NCBI RefSeq assembly: GCF_001194135.2
Contig: NC_068989.1
Span: forward strand, 63,471,673-63,535,672
Length of the DNA: 64,000 nt
Source of the DNA: Octopus bimaculoides
Lineage: Eukaryota
Direction of reading: 5' to 3'
In this document: one piece after another, positions 40,320 through 54,160 of the stretch
Position numbering within the stretch: the stretch's first letter is position 1
Layout: each line of letters starts with the position of its first letter
The notes under the pieces: model-generated
Seen by the model: only the letters and a program-made list of their open reading frames with translations
What the model was told of the DNA's origin: nothing
The model's database searches: none
Position numbers and translations under genes: made by a program

Positions 40320-41130
40320 ATAATGGAGCTTTTCTTCAGAGCATGCAATACTTTGGCTTACCATCAATCTGTACAAGACAAATGTCATGTTCTCTCTTTC
40401 TCCAGGTTAGTCACATGTCGAACGTAACATCTTCGTCCAGGGCATATGAGTGGATGTGGTCGACTTTTTCATCTACATTGGCAGTACTCCCTCTAGTGCG
40501 AGATCCATTGATATTGAAATATATATGAGAATCAAAAAATCACGCAAATCCTTTTGAAATTTCGAAAATTATGTATAGTCTAACAAAGGTATTCCCATCA
40601 ATTCAAGCACAGCCTCTATGTATCATGTGTCATAACTACCCTTTTATACTCTTTGGAAACATGGATACATCAGAGACTTGGTGATGATTTCACTAAGCTA
40701 ACATTAAGATGATCTGAAACATCAAACAACTGTCTCTAATTCCTGCCATCGCTTTCTTTAACGAACCAAGTGGGGTGCTCTGCTTATGCAATCACACGTG
40801 TTAGAGTGGTCATCTTGATATGATGGCGGATGTCAGATTATCGAAGCAGTTGATTTGCAATTAATTGTAACGTATTAGACATCCAAGAAATGAAACTCAA
40901 ATGTTTTAGAGATGCCATCAAACTTGGTGCAACAGAATTTTTCTACTTTACAAATAGGGCCAATCAGTGACAGAGAGCTAAAAGCTGCAAACGTAAGGCT
41001 CTTCGTATGGACGATGATAGCAGGAAGAAAAGACGGAAAATCGATCAATTTGGAAAAAGTTATGTATATTCGTTGTAAAGCATTTAAAAGACAGAGAATC
41101 GAACGTTCCATCTTGAAACAAAAACTTCCT
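40320..41130 (+). mobile_element. decayed RTE-clade LINE, 3' part of ORF
   Basis: LTINLYKTNVMF..VVDFFIYIGST..IDIEIYMRIKK, LLMQS..GH..MAD.RLSKQL, KCFRDAIK, and a terminal zinc-finger-like remnant. Confidence 0.7.
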
Positions 41131-41348
41131 AGACAAGATTTGACTCCAATCTGAAACACATTTCTCCCTCTGCACTGGAATATGGTTCTCCAAAGCCAGA
41201 CTTGCTGTTATATTAGATCTCATGGCAGCATTATTTGATTGAAGAGATAGCATTCTTCTGCAGAGAAGTGGAAAACATACTAGATAGGTAGATAGATACA
41301 TAGATACATACATACATACATAGATACATACATACATACATACATACA

Positions 41349-41384
<36 letters not shown>

Positions 41385-42999
41385 TGTGTGAGGAAGATGG
41401 TGAACGAGGGAGAAGGAGACAGAGTGTTTACATGAACTTATATGAAAGAATTTGACGTTTTGCATGAATCACAGTATTGTGCACAATACATACATTCACA
41501 CACAGACACACACCCACTAACGCAAGTACATATGCGTATTCAATATGGATGTAGATATATATGTGTGTGTGTGTTTATATTATGTAAATCGTTTTGCATA
41601 AATCAAATGAAAGAGTACTATATGTGAGTCAGCGCGTGTCTTAGTATATACAAGTGTGTGCGCATGTGAATGTGCGCCCTTACATTTTCCTATGTTTGAA
41701 TCGATAACCAGTGATCCTACAGAGAATCAAACGGCTAAAATTGTGATTGAAAGTTGTAAAAGTGAAATAACAAATTGTGCAAGGGATATACGTGTACACA
41801 TATAGATACATACATACATACGTATATATATATATGNNNNNNNNNNNNNNNNNNNNNNNNNNNNNNNNNNNNNNNNNNNNNNNNNNNNNNNNNNNNNNNN
41901 NNNNNNNNNNNNNNNNNNNNNNNNNNNNNNNNNNNNNNNNNNNNNNNNNNNNNNNNNNNNNNNNGTATATATATTTATAAATATATAATATGCATACATA
42001 TATACATACATATCAATATATATATACACATATATATATATATATATGTATGTGCGTATGTATGTATGTATGTGCAGATAGATACATATACACATATATA
42101 CATACATACTTATATATATCTGGAAAGGAAAGCGACAAAATAAATTGTCAGAGGTGAGAGAACAAGTGAGAATTATTTATTGATATATCGATTTCTTTTT
42201 ATACATGTGATCGATTTCTCTCTTCAGTCAACGGTCTTATTTTACATGAATGTTCTACGAGTGCGTTTTGTTGAAGTTTTAACTCTGATATTTAATGCAG
42301 ACAAACTGAAAGTTGAATATTAAATATCAAAGCTGAAGTTCATATACTCAATGTGTAGTTTTTGCGGCGCATGTAAACACAGCTCAAATAATCGTTGTGG
42401 TTTCGTTTCAAAAGAAAGTTTCTGAAAGGTACAGTAAATACATTTCCTTCAGAGCCACATGGATCGGGGTCAAGTGCCACTGAATGATACATTGAGCAAG
42501 TTTTCCGTGCAATAAACTCGGAGTGACCAATGCGTATTTAAGTGTCTCGGTCTGTGTGTGTGTCTGTATATGTGTGTGTGGGTACGTGTGAATGTGAGTG
42601 CGTGTACGCGCGCACGAGCACGTATGTGTTTATCGCTCTGTCTGTTTGCTTTTCTGTTTCCGATTTCCCAACCTTGGTTATTTCTTCACATAGGGATTAC
42701 GTTTGTTCACGTCCACGCAGCTTACCAGTTCCGCAAGAGCAAATGGTAGAATTTGTTACAGACTTATCAAAATATTGGTTTGTCCGAAAGTTCATGCCGA
42801 TTTATAGTAGCTTACCTTTCGACTTATTTGCCATGATACCACCTCAATTCTGGGAAGTGGGTACTTTCAAGTTAAAGGAAAGATGAAGGCGCATTGTGCA
42901 ACAAACTGGTTCATATTTGGTTGATTAAACATGTAATGGCAAATATATATTGACCTTTATCCTTCCTTTGAAAATCGGCATGAACTTACCGGACAACCC

Positions 43000-43092
43000 A
43001 ATACTACCGGGGCGATTTGTTCCACTAAACCCTTCAAGACGGTGCCCCAGCATGGCTGCAATCCATTGACTGAAACCTAATGATAAAAGATG
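43000..43092 (+). mobile_element. SINE family B 3' tail fragment
   Basis: GGTGCCCCAGCATGGCTGCA..TGACTGAAAC..TAAAAGAT. Confidence 0.7.
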
Positions 43093-43197
43093 TTAAACTG
43101 AAGGTCTGTTGCACTTAAATCTCTCTATTCGTTTGTAGCTTGCTGCAGACGTGTGATAAACACACACACAAACAGGCTCACGCACACATGTACACAC

Positions 43198-43229
<32 letters not shown>

Positions 43230-43432
43230 ACATACATATATATGTGTGTGTGTACGCACGCATATATATACACACACAAATATGGATGACAGGATATTTT
43301 CTTCCAAATTTATATACAAAGGCATAAATTATCTGTAAAAACTCATCACTGATGAGTCTCGCAAACAAATCCAAAGTTCTGACAACTTTCTTTTTCTAAA
43401 TACATGCATACATATATGTTTGTATATCTATA

Positions 43433-43523
<91 letters not shown>

Positions 43524-46310
43524 CATAATAGGGTAAACATTTGATATTAATTAGTATCAATTTAATACCAGGAAACCAGCACATTAAAAGAATCAGAAGG
43601 TTCAGAATAAATTTTCTGAGATCCTAAAAGGATTATAGTACTTGTGTATATAAACGAGGCCGCTAAAGTGGANNNNNNNNNNNNNNNNNNNNNNNNNNNN
43701 NNNNNNNNNNNNNNNNNNNNNNNNNNNNNNNNNNNNNNNNNNNNNNNNNNNNNNNNNNNNNNNNNNNNNNNNNNNNNNNNNNNNNNNNNNNNNNNNNNNN
43801 NNNNNNNNNNNNNNNNNNNNNNNNNNNNNNNNNNNNNNNNNNNNNNNNNNNNNNNNNNNNNNNNNNNNNNNNNNNNNNNNNNNNNNNNNNNNNNNNNNNN
43901 NNNNNNNNNNNNNNNNNNNNNNNNNNNNNNNNNNNNNNNNNNNNNNNNNNNNNNNNNNNNNNNNNNNNNNNNNNNNNNNNNNNNNNNNNNNNNNNNNNNN
44001 NNNNNNNNNNNNNNNNNNNNNNNNNNNNNNNNNNATATATATATATATATATATGTATGTATGTGTGTGTGTATGTATGTATATTTGTATGTATATATGT
44101 ATGTATGTATGTATGCGCAACCGTGTCTATGTGAATGCATACATAGTATTTCTGTCTATCTTCACAAATACGTTCTTGTAAATGTATGAATAAATGTGCG
44201 ATATTGCGTGTGTAAACACACTTAATATATCTATACTCACATGCTCGACCTTACGTATGAGTGTGTGTGCGTTTATGCTTGTAACTGTGCGTATATACCC
44301 ATTCAATATTTATTTTTGTACATACAGACACTTTGTTATATATATGTAAGTTTCTTTATGAGTTAATATAAACATCATAAGACATAATTTTGTAGTTGTT
44401 GCTCTATCACTGTCTCTCTGTCTCTTTCTCTTTCTCCACCCTCTCTTTCTCCAATTCCATGCCCCTCTCTGTGAGCGACCATGTGCGTTTGTGTATTTGA
44501 GCGAATTCTCTGATGAGAAATTAATGGTATATCATGTTCCGTCTAGCTTCTGTTGGCTCTTCAAACACTTGGATTAGTGCATAATAACTCTCTTGACCAA
44601 AGTTATGGAGTGAGTCAATTATAATAATGAAGAGGAAATTAATGAATTTCAAATATTAATATATGGAACAAGGTACGGGATATAAAAACAGGCAAGCGCG
44701 TTTACTATTTATGATATAACATCAGACATTTTTTATCTCAACACTAAAAGTGCAGCAGAATTCAAACATATTGAAGAAATTTTTAAAACAAACCGGTATT
44801 GATCACATAAGCAAATAGTTTTGAAAATGTGAAATACCTTAAATGTTTTGTGATATTGTTTTTCTGTTTTTTGGAGTTTTTTTTTAACGAAAGAAAGATA
44901 CTTCAAATTACGAAGACACAGCCTGTCATCATTCTTAACTGTGAACGGCTTTTGGCTCTTTATCCATGATTGGTCTTATGAAGAGGAAAGAAATCTAACT
45001 TTGGATTCATATTTAGTAAGTTAAAAGTTTACATTTCCTACTGAAATTTTGCTTTGAAATATGTGCGGATTTAAGAAATAATAAAAAAGAATAAAATGTT
45101 TTAGCTTCTGTTTAACATTCAGTTTCAAGTTATTTATTAAGTCTTTCCTTCGAATGTTACTGCTTTTCTAAATATTGTAAATAGTATCAATTGAATACTG
45201 ATCTTCATTCAATATAAGTCAGTAAGAAAAGACATATGCCCTAGCGCATTTAAAGAGAGTTGATAACCTCAACTTTACCTGTCAAATGTTATCAATAAGA
45301 TTATAGTGTTAAGTTGCTAGAAGGTTTGTCAGGTAGTTATCTTAAAGAATATGCAGTATGAATGTAAGATAAAGTAAGATATATTCGTCTCATTTTAACA
45401 ATCAATTGATATTTTGAATAGAAAATTCAGTGTAGTTTATAATATTCATGGCTAGTAACAATTGCTTCCAGTTGTATTCAACTAACCTGACAAATCTCTT
45501 CAACTAATCAACAATTTATTTCCGAAACAGCTTTATGATTTTGCGAGTAGTCAGAAATTTAATCTCCTCAACGGTGTTGAAACAACAAGAGGAAATAAAG
45601 TAAATTAAAATAACAGACATTCGCGTGAAAGCAAAAAGTAAAAAAAAAAAAAAAAATTCCAACAAAACAAGAATTCTAAATAATTTGTTAGGACTTGAAA
45701 AAAGAAGTTTTTATTTATTTTATTTTACTTCTTTATATTCACGAAGTTGAAGTAAATTACACTGAAGTGGACAGATGAAATGTCAAGTGACAATTGGTAC
45801 TTGGCATTTTGCGGAGTCGGACATGATTTGTTAACTAGATTGGCTTCTGTAAACTTCTTGCTGGAATGCGCTTCCAAGCAAGAAATTGGCCTCTGTCAAT
45901 TAGAAACTGAATTAGACGCCAACGAACGAACGATAAGGCATCTTTTATCATCCACCTACACAAAGTTCTCAGAATAATACGGCCACGTATAAGAAACCAT
46001 ACATAATAACATTCATAAGTATATTCCCAAATATAATCTCACAAGCAATTATTTCACACGCTTATGCTTACCTTGCTTATACATATACTGTAGAATAATT
46101 TTCAGCATACATTATACATATCTGTAAACGTATATGTGGGTGTATACGTGTTTGTGTGTGTGTACGTATGAATATATATATATGAATATATATACATTCA
46201 TTATGTGTGTGTGCGCGTGTATTTTTGTGTTTATAGTGCATATGATATTTGTACGTGTGTGTGTGTGTGTATGTGTGTGTGTGTATGTGTGCGCGCGTGC
46301 GTATGTGTGT

Positions 46311-46369
<59 letters not shown>

Positions 46370-47203
46370 TGTGTGTGTGTTTGTGTAGTGGATAGAATGG
46401 AGAAAGTTCAGATCAGGCAGACTACGATTAACGCACACATATATGGGATAAGGATTGTCCAAACTGAAACATACATTAATTTATTAGCGATATAAAAATA
46501 TATAGAAATATAAAACACACACACACACACAAACGTCTTACTACACAGACGTGCAAAAGATAACGAACGTCTAGTTCATTCTAACAGACAATGATTAGGC
46601 GTGGAGACACTCATCTGTATTTAATGCTTGTATTCGTATATGCATGCAAATATGAGCTCGTGTAAACCCGCAATTACTTACAAACATATACATACTGATA
46701 CATAAGCACTCAGATGACTAATTCTCTATAAGCACACGATGTAGTTAGCTGTATCTAAGTTCTCTGTAAGCTGGCCTCTACGCTGTTCACTTACCACATT
46801 CTCTCTCTCTCTATATATATATCGACCTTTACAGGATCCAACCTTTTCACGGTTGAAATATGCTATGATATTTCCACATTACTTCTTTTTGCACTACAGT
46901 TTTCACATTATAGATGGTTCACCATGTTCCTTCTTACGTCACAGTTTCGACACCAATTTCCTTACCTACAGTTTTGTATACCGATTTCTACTGGATTTTA
47001 TATTACGATTTATATACCATCATTGTAACCCACTTACAACAGAGAACAATCCCCTGCCCGTCAGACAAAGAGAGCTACTTCACCGTTATACTTTTATTAT
47101 TCGATGTAGTTCAACCCTATTTTCATTTATGTTATTTCTGCATTCCTTTATTTATACATATCTTATTTTATCTCATGTTCTTTTCTTCATCCTATTTTTT
47201 TTA

Positions 47204-47376
47204 TGCAGGCGTGGCTGTGTGGTAAGAAGCCCATTTCCCAACCACATAGTTTCGGGTTCATTCCCATTGCGCGACATCTTCTTCAAGTGTCTTCTACTAT
47301 AGCTTCGAGGCGATCAAAGCCTTGTGATTAGATCTGGTAAACGGAAACTGAAAAAGCCCTTCATGTGTGTGTGTGC

Positions 47377-47415
<39 letters not shown>

Positions 47416-47640
47416 CTTGTGTGTGCTTATGTCTATTTGTCCACCACCACCGCTTGGCAACGGTGTTGATTTGTTTATGTCTGTGTAACGTAGCGTTTCG
47501 GGAGAATGAGATCAACAGAATAAGTACCAGGATTATAAAAACATAATTACTAGGGTAGAGTCATTCGACTAAATGTTCTCCAAGGTGGTGCTGCCGCATG
47601 GCCGCAGTCTAATGACTGCAACATATATAAGATAAAAGAT
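47204..47640 (+). mobile_element. SINE family B, diverged
   Basis: GGCGTGGCTGTGTGGTAAGAAGC head to GCATGGCCGCAGTC tail. Confidence 0.85.
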
Positions 47641-48734
47641 ATTTACATGTAACTTCATTCGTATTTTTTTTTTACGTGCGCCTGTATGTGTGTCTGCTGG
47701 TGCATGTACATAAGTATGTATTAATGCAAGTCTGTGTATATGCTTCCGAGTATTTGGGCATTTATATATACTATGTGTGTACACGTGTGTATATTGGAAA
47801 AATATGTGAAATTCATATGAATAATAGTGTATATGCATGCGTGTACGTAAAGATATCAATAATATATGCGCATTAAGGTGGAGCGTTTTTCCACAATTTT
47901 CGATTTCGTGATGGGTGTAGTGCAGAAACGTTGTGAACGAACATCAAAATAACTGGTGTAAAATTTTAGGACAATTTCTTCTGACTCCAGTAATGCATCG
48001 TAAAATAGTAAAAGTGAAGAGAAAAAAACCGCCTCTATTTATTTATTTATTAGCTATAAAATATACTTTTCATGGTATCTTCTTGTGGTATCTTTTAAAT
48101 AACTGTGATGAGATTACTCTAAAGTACGGCTTAAACATGTTCATTTGTTTCCTTTGACTGCATCTTCTGACTCCAGAAGGATGGACGTGGGTGTACTGCA
48201 TTTTATATCAACATTAGATATTTTCTCAATTCAAGAAATTACCATATTTACGATATATTTGCATATGTTGAGGCGCTTGTGGAGGCAGAGTATGAAGTCA
48301 CAGAAAAAAGACGCTTAAGTCGGTGTGTATACACACACACGCATACACACACACACACACAGATATATATATATATATATAAACACACACACACACACAC
48401 GCACATATATTATATATATATATATACATATGTATACGTGTGTGTGTGTCTGACTCTGTGTGTGTGTGAGTGTCTGTGTGTGCATATTCGCTCCTTTCGC
48501 CGATACAATTTCAATGTTTGGAAGTAGGTAGCTGTAGAAAGATATCTCTCGTTCTCCGTCATAGAAAGCGAATCCAAGTGAGAGAAAAATCGTTGTCATT
48601 ATGTCTGCCTTTGTCTTGCATATTTTACTCTCTGGTAAATATGTCCAGCGAAGTTATATAAATGAAAAGTCAAAATTGTCAATTCTGTGAAGAAGTTTTC
48701 GCTCTTCTTTTGTTCTTTACAATTTATTGTTAGC

Positions 48735-49470
48735 TGCAACAACGACTCTGGTTGTCATGGTGTTGGTATTGTTGGGTGCTGTCGGTGACGGTGGTAGTGG
48801 CGATGTAGGCAGCAGTGGTGGGGATGAGGTAATTGATGTTGGAACTTGTGGTATTTGTGCTTAGTGATAGTGATTGTGGTGGTGGTGGTGGTGGTGGTGG
48901 TGACGGTGGTGGTNNNNNNNNNNNNNNNNNNNNNNNNNNNNNNNNNNNNNNNNNNNNNNNNNNNNNNNNNNNNNNNNNNNNNNNNNNNNNNNNNNNNNNN
49001 NNNNNNNNNNNNNNNNNNNNNNNNNNNNNNNNNNNNNNNNNNNNNNNNNNNNNNNNNNNNNNNNNNNNNNNNNNNNNNNNNNNNNNNNNNNNNNNNNNNN
49101 NNNNNNNNNNNNNNNNNNNNNNNNNNNNNNNNNNNNNNNNNNNNNNNNNNNNNNNNNNNNNNNNNNNNNNNNNNNNNNNNNNNNNNNNNNNNNNNNNNNN
49201 NNNNNNNNNNNNNNNNNNNNNNNNNNNNNNNNNNNNGTGGTGGCGGCGGTGGTGGCGGTGTGTTAGTGACGTTATTGATGCACATGGTAGCAGAGGTGTT
49301 CGCAACGGTGTGGAAACGAGTGGTAGCGATAACATCGGCGTCAATGGTTGTGAGTGTGGTGGTGTTGCTTGCTGCTGGTGTAAGTGATGATGGTAGTGTG
49401 GCTGTTTGTGTTGGTATTGGATGTAGTGTTGCAGATGATGCCCGTAATGTTTGTGGTGCTAGTTGTGATG
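48735..49470 (+). repeat. degenerate (GGT)/(GTT) low-complexity tract spanning a gap
   Basis: Direct reading; source of the spurious Thr/Pro/Gly-rich ORFs. Confidence 0.85.
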
Positions 49471-50389
49471 TTGAAATCACAATACGTAATAGAGTAAAAG
49501 ATGGAGAATATCTACGAGATTGTCATTGCCGGATTACTGGAATGTCTTTAATCCTAGATCTATGCAATCAGATCATCGATAAGTTTATGCAACAAGAACA
49601 CTCAACAACCAGCGTCAAAAATCTGCAAAAATCATATTTTCCATTATCACATGTGCTGAACAAAATACACAAGCATGAAAACACGAGGTACTACTAAACG
49701 CTTTAATTTGTTACCTCGTTAAGTTTTCATCACATGAATCCTGAACCCTGTTTCGATTCTCACTAGGAAGTAACTTTATGAGCGACACTAAAATGATGAA
49801 ATTACAATCATCTTAGAAAACTCACAAATTTTCTCACAAATGTCTTAAACAATATTGGTTACTGCCTTCTATGTTAGAAATCATTATATTTGAAACTGTA
49901 CAAAAATAATGTACAGATCATTTATTTGTTGTTGTTCTTCTTCTTTTTCTTCTTCTCCTTCTTGGACTTTGAACGAGATCATTTTTGATAAAGCAGAGTT
50001 CCTGCTATGAACCATACTCTCATGTTTCTCTGCACTATAGATCTAACGAAGATTTGGTTGCTTTTTTCTAGGAGGAAAAGTAATGGCAAACAGAGACTGT
50101 TTTTCACTAGACAAGAGTAAATTCATACTTGTGATAGTTTATTGTTTGCATCGTACATTAAAAAAAAAAGATTATTGTTTGCTTAATATATTTTTTGCCA
50201 TTGATACGTTTCTTTTTGTTTAATTATTACTGTTATTTTAAGTCGAGAAGCTGGCATTCGTCAGTCTTCACATTCTAAGTTTAAATTCCATCAAATGTGA
50301 CTTTACCTTTCAATTTTCCGGTGTCGATAACAATAATGCCAATCAAGTACTGGTAAATGTATAATTACCTTCTCGAGTCATACTGACAC

Positions 50390-50585
50390 ATAAAGGCCGG
50401 TTTTTTGGTTTCATGGATAGGATGCTGGTTCATCACAGGAATCCTCATTTTTGCCAGATGAGTGGACTCGAGCATCGTGAAATGAAGTGTTTTGCTCAAG
50501 AACAGGACGCGTCGCCCGGTCTAGGAATCGAAACCACAATCATATGATCCTGAGTCAAATACCCTAAACACTAAGCCACACTCTT
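50390..50585 (-). mobile_element. CORE-type SINE (GTGGCTTAGTG head)
   Basis: GTGGCTTAGTGTTTAGGGTATTTGACTC..GGTTTCGATTCCTAGACCGG..TTCTTGAGCAAAACACTTCATTTC. Confidence 0.8.
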
Positions 50586-50681
50586 CAACTATCAAGTACT
50601 GGCGTCGAGGTAATCGACTTCACTCCCCTCTAGAACTGGAGGTCCTCTTATAAAATTTGAAACCATTATTAGTGGTACTTT

Positions 50682-50894
50682 AAGGCACCAACCTGGCGGA
50701 ATCGTTAGCACGCAGCGCAAAGTCTTTAGCGTTAAATCGCCCGTTTTTGTGTTTAGACTTAAAATTCCACCGACGTTCACTTTGCCTTTCATACTTTGGA
50801 GGCCAGTGTAATATGTACTAGTGGGGTTGATATAATTGACTTGCGTTCTCTCCCAAAATATTAGGTCTTGTACATATTGTAGAAAGGATTATTG
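50682..50894 (+). mobile_element. SINE family A, diverged (more fragments at 50230-50360 and 50590-50680)
   Basis: CTGGCGGAATCGTTAGCACG head, TTTGCCTTTCAT core, GTAGAAAGGATTATT tail. Confidence 0.75.
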
Positions 50895-51871
50895 CTGTTC
50901 TGAATGCTACAGATACCTTAAGAGAGCCACACAGACAGACAATCTGTTAACAGTTGCAAATATTAGCAAGGTAAGGTATTGTATATTACTCATGACGCTA
51001 TGAAGACGACTGTCAAGCATAGTTTTCACTATAGCGTGGCGGAAATATCATCCTGGCAATATATTGATATGTATCAAATCTCAGATTCATTCTTCCATAA
51101 TAAGTAACAGAAATAAAGTTTAGAGTTGGTGGCCAATGGCAGAGAAAACGCCATCAACGTGGTACGAAATCAGGATTTCTGATATGATTACTATCTCTGC
51201 ATGAAATTATTATTGGGAAAGGCTTTTTAATCAAGCAATTATGTCTTTAGGCCGTTTAATCTAATATAATAAGCAGTTTATATCTTTGGGAACAACATGC
51301 AGTTTTATGATAAATAGCTTTTATTAATGAAACCTCTATATCCCATTACCAGTATTACTGCTATTAAATATCGTTAAAACATGATCTCTCTGTAACCTAT
51401 AAGGTCTTGAGAGCGGAAAATCGACTGAAATTTAAACAGCATTAAAAATTAACATATTATTTTTTTTTCCAAAGCCTTTAATTACGTCAATATATAAATA
51501 AAAACTACAAAAATATGTTAAATAGTTCGTAAAATATATTAGTAGATTGCTTATACGTGATGTGGGTTATTGGAATGTGTAAAATTTGTTGGAATTATGC
51601 TCAAGATCTATCACAGTTGATGTGCTAGTGAATTTATTTTACTTTTATTCTTAATTATCTATCTCTTGATTTATTCAAATGGCTCTTCTGTCAAGTGCAA
51701 TTATTTTTGCTTAACTCGATTCACAAGGTCAAAATTTCTACTAATCAATACTCCTAAAGTGTTAATTTAATAAATTTTAATATTCTTCATCGAATTATCG
51801 AAACCAATATCTTTTCTTTCCTCATCACTTTCTACCTCTTACACATTATTCCTCCCACACACACGCACACA

Positions 51872-51874
<3 letters not shown>

Positions 51875-51964
<90 letters not shown>

Positions 51965-51968
51965 TCTA
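51875..51968 (+). repeat. (CT)n microsatellite
   Basis: Direct reading. Confidence 0.98.
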
Positions 51969-52567
51969 TCGCGTTATTCGTTTTGCATTTATAATGTGAA
52001 GTGTTTCTTTGCTCGTTATGTTTTAACGCGTTTGCCTTGCTAATTATACGTATAGCATGTTTTGCTCATGTCGTTTTTTTTCCTAATAGTTAATAGGCCA
52101 ACTTCAAGCATGAATATTCTAATTATCATTATAATGATATTAACAAGAGTAGGTGCATTTTTATGTCTACCTGAGATGGTTTCCTGTAGCCGTTTGTTCG
52201 AACAAAATGAAGGATCTGAATGGGATATAAAGTGTGGTGGAATGCAGTAAAATTAAGATAAGATTTGTTGAATCGTGTCCCTCGCCCGCTTTAGATTTGT
52301 GATTTAAAGAATTAGCATCTATTTCAATTTTATTGCGTATAATTTTTGAATGTATGAAGATCACAGAATCACGTTTCAAAAATGCAAACATCTGAAAGCA
52401 CTTGCATGCGTAGGGAATTGTTAAATATAATTATACCTGATATGTGAAGTTAAGTCATATGCATTTCAATAAAAAGCAAAGTACAAATGACTGATTCTTT
52501 AAGAAACACCGTATGGTTGTTTTGTCCTTATTGCATCTAATTTATAAGTTTTTTTAATTTCTTTTCA

Positions 52568-52621
52568 ACATACATACATACATACATACATACATACATA
52601 CATACATACATACATACATAC
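52568..52621 (+). repeat. (CATA)n microsatellite
   Basis: Direct reading. Confidence 0.98.
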
Positions 52622-53057
52622 GTATTGTCACAAATGTCACCTATCTTATCGATGTGAATCTCTTTGAAAATTAAAGAGAAAGAGATATATACAAACAAGT
52701 GTTTCGAAACCTCCAGCTTTTATATACAAATTACGAATTTACATTTATACCTACAATTATTGGTGCACATGGTTTGGGAGTAAATACTCAAGTGACAATT
52801 TGGATAAGCTAGGGTTTTCCGAAAAAGAAATCAACCAAGAACGTCGTACATTACAAACACAATCTCTAAGTTGAACTCTAAAAATATGCAATTTTTTTCC
52901 CAAATGTAAAATGAGAAATTCTTGTATTTATCTACATTCCAAAGTTGCAAGTTTCTATATTTGTTAGAGGAAGAATCTGAATAAGTAAAAACAGAAGCGA
53001 ATATAAATGCACACACAAATACATATAGAGATACCACACACATACACACACACTTTA

Positions 53058-53092
<35 letters not shown>

Positions 53093-53750
53093 ATATATAT
53101 ATATNNNNNNNNNNNNNNNNNNNNNNNNNNNNNNNNNNNNNNNNNNNNNNNNNNNNNNNNNNNNNNNNNNNNNNNNNNNNNNNNNNNNNNNNNNNNNNNN
53201 NNNNNNNNNNNNNNNNNNNNNNNNNNNNNNNNNNNNNNNNNNNNNNNNNNNNNNNNNNNNNNNNNNNNNNNNNNNNNNNNNNNNNNCAAGCATTTATAGA
53301 ACACGTATACTATAGAAACTCAACAAATAATTAAAAATGGAGAAGAGAAGGTGTTAAAAGTTTTATGAAATTTTAATCCGTGCATACGATCGTTTCGAAC
53401 GGTAATATTAACTTGTAAGAAATATGGAAAAAAAATTTTAAAGTTTATTAAATTATAATTAAATTAATTACATATTACCGTTCTCCTCAATGCGGAAGAA
53501 GAATACATCAAAAAGAATACATCAAAAAGAATACATCAGAAGTATATTATATTGTTACAGAAGACTAGATGGAGAGTCATATGACATGTTTGGATATTCA
53601 TAATATGATTTTGAAAGATGAAAGATAAAACATGCTTAGGTAGTATTGAGTTTAGTTGTGTATGGATTATAACTCTTAAAATAGTAAGCTACCAATTTAA
53701 TATGAAAAATACCTTAGGAATAAGAATCCAGGTTCGAAATTTCCCCCAAG

Positions 53751-53794
53751 ACACCTGATGAAGGCTGGAGGGTATATCAGCCTACACGTTGTGT
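53751..53794 (+). ncRNA. degenerate minimal type-I hammerhead ribozyme (Penelope-associated type)
   Basis: ACAC-CTGATGA-A-GGCTG-loop-CAGCC-TACAC-GTT-GTGT; stems I and II intact, GAAAC mutated to TACAC. Confidence 0.6.
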
Positions 53795-54123
53795 TAACAA
53801 CAAATAAGACGAGGACACATATCCGTTAATTGTAGATAATGTAAATAATGTTGATTATTTACCTTTGAAACTCCACTAGTCGTGGTTGACCATGTTTAAA
53901 TTTACCTGATGAAATCTGCATGATATAATGCCTGACGTAATCTTCTATGATTACATTAAATAAAGATTTCTTTTTATGATATGTGAGTGTGCACGCGTGC
54001 GTGTGTGCGTGTGTGTGTGCGCACGTGCGTTTCTGTGCGTGAGTGCGTGCGTGTGTGCGCGCGTGCGTTTCTGTGCGTGAGTGCGTGTGCGTACACATAT
54101 ACGTAACTAGCTAGCTAGCTAGC

Positions 54124-54160
<37 letters not shown>

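Noticed and set aside
44880-45020. Open frame ending at a GTAAGT donor-like site
   Set aside because: Weak acceptor and no recognisable protein similarity.
45780-45977. 65-aa non-repetitive ORF
   Set aside because: No motif, splice or homology support.
48730-49697. Mucin-like Thr/Pro-rich or Gly-rich ORFs
   Set aside because: Degenerate GGT/GTT repeat spanning a gap, open in several frames on both strands.
53504-53545. 14-bp AAGAATACATCAAA tandem x3 and a nearby 12-bp inverted repeat
   Set aside because: Ordinary slippage-scale repeats.
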